Source: an uncultured bacterium
GTDB lineage: Bacteria > Desulfobacterota_D > UBA1144 > Nemesobacterales > UBA2774
DNA: 64,000 nt
Assembly: GCA_963825135.1 (NCBI GenBank)
Contig: CAWGRW010000009.1
Location: 512,001-576,000, forward strand
Reading direction: 5' to 3'
Part shown: piece after piece, positions 61,942-64,000 of the stretch
How positions within the stretch are numbered: position 1 is the first letter of the stretch
Layout of the letters: every line of letters begins with the position of its first letter
The notes under the pieces: model-generated
Seen by the model: the letters and a program-made list of their open reading frames with translations, nothing else
Databases searched by the model: none
Told to the model about the DNA's origin: nothing
Program-made: the position numbers and the translations under genes

Positions 61942-62694
61942 TCAACTGTAGGCTTGCCGGGGTTTATAGAGAAGGGGGAGAACCTCCCCGGACTTACCGA
62001 GTATCGTGAGATCGAAAAGCGGCGAGTTGGGAGTATATTCGAGGTTTATCTCGACAACTGTCTTTCCGGTCTGCTTGGCCACGAGGCCCATCGATGCCGC
62101 GGGCTCAACGATTCCTGAGGTGCCTACGATGAGCATCACGTCGCACTCTTCGATTGACTTAAGCGATCTGTCTATAACCTGCATGGGTATGATCTCGCCG
62201 AACCATACCACGTTCGGCCGTCCGATCTCATTGCAAAGACCGCACCTGGGCGGTATCTCCTCGAGAGGGACCTTATGGTTCTGCTGGATGTCGCCGCACT
62301 TCGTGCACCTTACCTGCCATACATTCCCGTGCATCTCCAGAATATTCCTGCTGCCGGCCATCTGATGGAGACCGTCTATATTCTGCGTAATCAGCGTGAA
62401 CTTCTTTTTCTGGCTTTCAAGCTCCGCGAGAGCGAAATGCCCGGGATTCGGCTTCGCGTCCTTTATCGCATTCCTTCTCCAGTCATACCATTCCCACACG
62501 AGCTTCGGGTCGTCCCAGAACGCTTCCGCGGTCGCCAGGTCCTCCGACCGGAAATTCCGCCAGAGCCCGTCCTTGCCCCTGAAAGTCGGAACTCCGCTCT
62601 CAGCCGAAATACCGGCGCCGGTCAGTACCGTGAGCGAGGAACAATTCTCTATGATCTCCCTCGCGGCTTCTATTTTCTCGTGCATCTCGTTCAT
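61942..62694 (-). CDS. cobB: NAD-dependent protein deacylase (sirtuin, class III-like)
   Basis: GAGISAESG, TQNIDGLH, HG, two CxxC pairs; WYxxRR Tyr/Arg typical of desuccinylases. Confidence 0.93.
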   Translation of the reverse strand: MNEMHEKIEAAREIIENCSSLTVLTGAGISAESGVPTFRGKDGLWRNFRSEDLATAEAFWDDPKLVWEWYDWRRNAIKDAKPNPGHFALAELESQKKKFTLITQNIDGLHQMAGSRNILEMHGNVWQVRCTKCGDIQQNHKVPLEEIPPRCGLCNEIGRPNVVWFGEIIPMQVIDRSLKSIEECDVMLIVGTSGIVEPAASMGLVAKQTGKTVVEINLEYTPNSPLFDLTILGKSGEVLPLLYKPRQAYS

Positions 62695-62840
62695 ATAGAG
62701 TAAGTGTACAGCACTTCATAATTATCCAATATTCTTTTTTTCATTACTCACCCCGGGGAGCCGCGTGGAGATAATTAGGGTGTTCTGAAAGTAAGAATTT
62801 ATTGGTTTTAAAAGCGATGCAATCGCTCTTGAGGAGCCTC

Positions 62841-63974
62841 TCAATAGGCGGGCGTCATCGGATACGTAAATACTGCTTCTGAAAGATGCCCGGGATGGAC
62901 GATCATCTTTCTACCGCCTTGCCATTGAACGACGACCATTTCATGCCCAGTCTGAGAGCCCATATGATCCGTCCTGAAAATCCCGTAAAAAGTTTTGAAT
63001 TCAGCGCGCCGTCCTTTCTCTCTTAAGACCTTATCGTCGATGGTCCCCGCTTCCTCGATGCATTTTTGCACGATCAAGCCGATATTGTAACCCTGAGCCG
63101 CCACGTAATCCGGATCCTTCCCGTATGCCGACTTAAACCTGCCGACGAAATCCTCCGGCGACGGTCCGAGGTCGGGCGTTATTTTAATTCCGCTCTCCCA
63201 CTGACTGCAGGAGAGGAATCCATCCGCGTCGCTCCGAAACGTATCCTTAAACAGATTTATAGAAGCGGCGACAAGGGCGACCGCTTTTACCCTCGTTCCC
63301 GTTTTTATTATTTGCCCCGCAAGCGCGAGATCGTCGTGGGCTCGCCCCGCTCCCAGAATCATGTCCGGCAAAAAATCCAGGGCTTCCTCCAGAAGCCCCG
63401 AGAAATCCTCATGTCCGGACCGGAAGTTAAATTCCTTTATGGCGAATCCGTTCTCCCCCGCGAATGTCCTCGCTCCTCGGGCGATGTTTTTAGAGAAACC
63501 GCTGTCGAGGGCGCTGAATACCGCTATCCGCCCGGCCCCCGGGTCCTGTTTCCTGAGGAGCGTGATGATGCCTTCCGAGTACCTGCTCGCGGGAGTAATG
63601 GCGCTCACCAGGCAGTTAAATCCCCTTTCCTCGATTTCGTCGGTAGCCCCCCCGTGGTTCCAGAGAGTTACATCGTGCACCTCGGCAATTTCGGCCGAAG
63701 CGAGCGTAAGGGAGCTCGAATAAGGGCCGAAAACAATATCGACATTCTCTTTCGAGACCAGCCGCTCCGTATTCGACCGGCATGTCCGGACAGAGCTCCC
63801 GTCGTCCAGGCAAACGAGATCGACCGGGAGCTTTCTCCCGTATTCCTTTACGAAGATTCCCCCTTCTTTATTTACGTCCGCGACCCAGAGGCTCGTACCC
63901 CCAAAGCTCTCCCTGCCCTGGACGGAATAGATCCCGGTGAGTGAAACGGATATACCGATTTTGATTTTTCGCAT
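62841..63974 (-). CDS. Branched-chain amino acid ABC-type solute-binding fold protein with no signal peptide
   Basis: IKIGISVSLTG, VNKEGGI, DDGS, GPYSS and VVQWQ motifs; in-frame TGA just upstream of the ATG. Confidence 0.85.
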   Translation of the reverse strand: MRKIKIGISVSLTGIYSVQGRESFGGTSLWVADVNKEGGIFVKEYGRKLPVDLVCLDDGSSVRTCRSNTERLVSKENVDIVFGPYSSSLTLASAEIAEVHDVTLWNHGGATDEIEERGFNCLVSAITPASRYSEGIITLLRKQDPGAGRIAVFSALDSGFSKNIARGARTFAGENGFAIKEFNFRSGHEDFSGLLEEALDFLPDMILGAGRAHDDLALAGQIIKTGTRVKAVALVAASINLFKDTFRSDADGFLSCSQWESGIKITPDLGPSPEDFVGRFKSAYGKDPDYVAAQGYNIGLIVQKCIEEAGTIDDKVLREKGRRAEFKTFYGIFRTDHMGSQTGHEMVVVQWQGGRKMIVHPGHLSEAVFTYPMTPAY

Positions 63975-64000
63975 GTCCGGAAGCCGCGCGAGTCAGCCTT

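Overview
A 64-kb, gene-dense chromosomal window from a bacterium whose gene set and gene order look deltaproteobacteria-like (Desulfobacterota / Ca. Dadabacteria-like; this is inference only). Most of it is housekeeping: rplS, a split atp operon (b', b, delta, alpha, gamma, beta, short epsilon), tatC, serA-hisZ-purA, phoH, purC, htpX, dnaB, aroC, prfB (programmed +1 frameshift), nadK, glyA-nrdR-tatD-pdxA and cobB. I found no tRNA, rRNA, CRISPR array, transposase or phage genes. The most notable locus is 41.7-49.5 kb. A sigma70-type promoter and a c-di-GMP-I riboswitch precede a 918-aa three-domain fusion: PilZ c-di-GMP receptor, PLP-dependent alpha-oxoamine synthase (SPT/BioF/CqsA family), and a YghO/bacterial-ceramide-synthase-like GNAT. 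It is followed in a tight operon by a PDZ/multi-TM/GAF sensor kinase and a REC-PAS-HK-REC hybrid kinase. My hypothesis is a module controlled by c-di-GMP at both RNA and protein level that makes, and possibly senses, a ceramide-like or aminoketone lipid signal. Other oddities are a full-length but catalytically degenerate FadI/FadJ pair, a His-less ChaN/EreA-fold exported protein, single-base frameshifts in aroC and a YqjE-like gene (possibly assembly errors), candidate leaderless transcripts, and a solute-binding protein with no signal peptide. All family assignments come from motifs recognised by eye; no database search was run.
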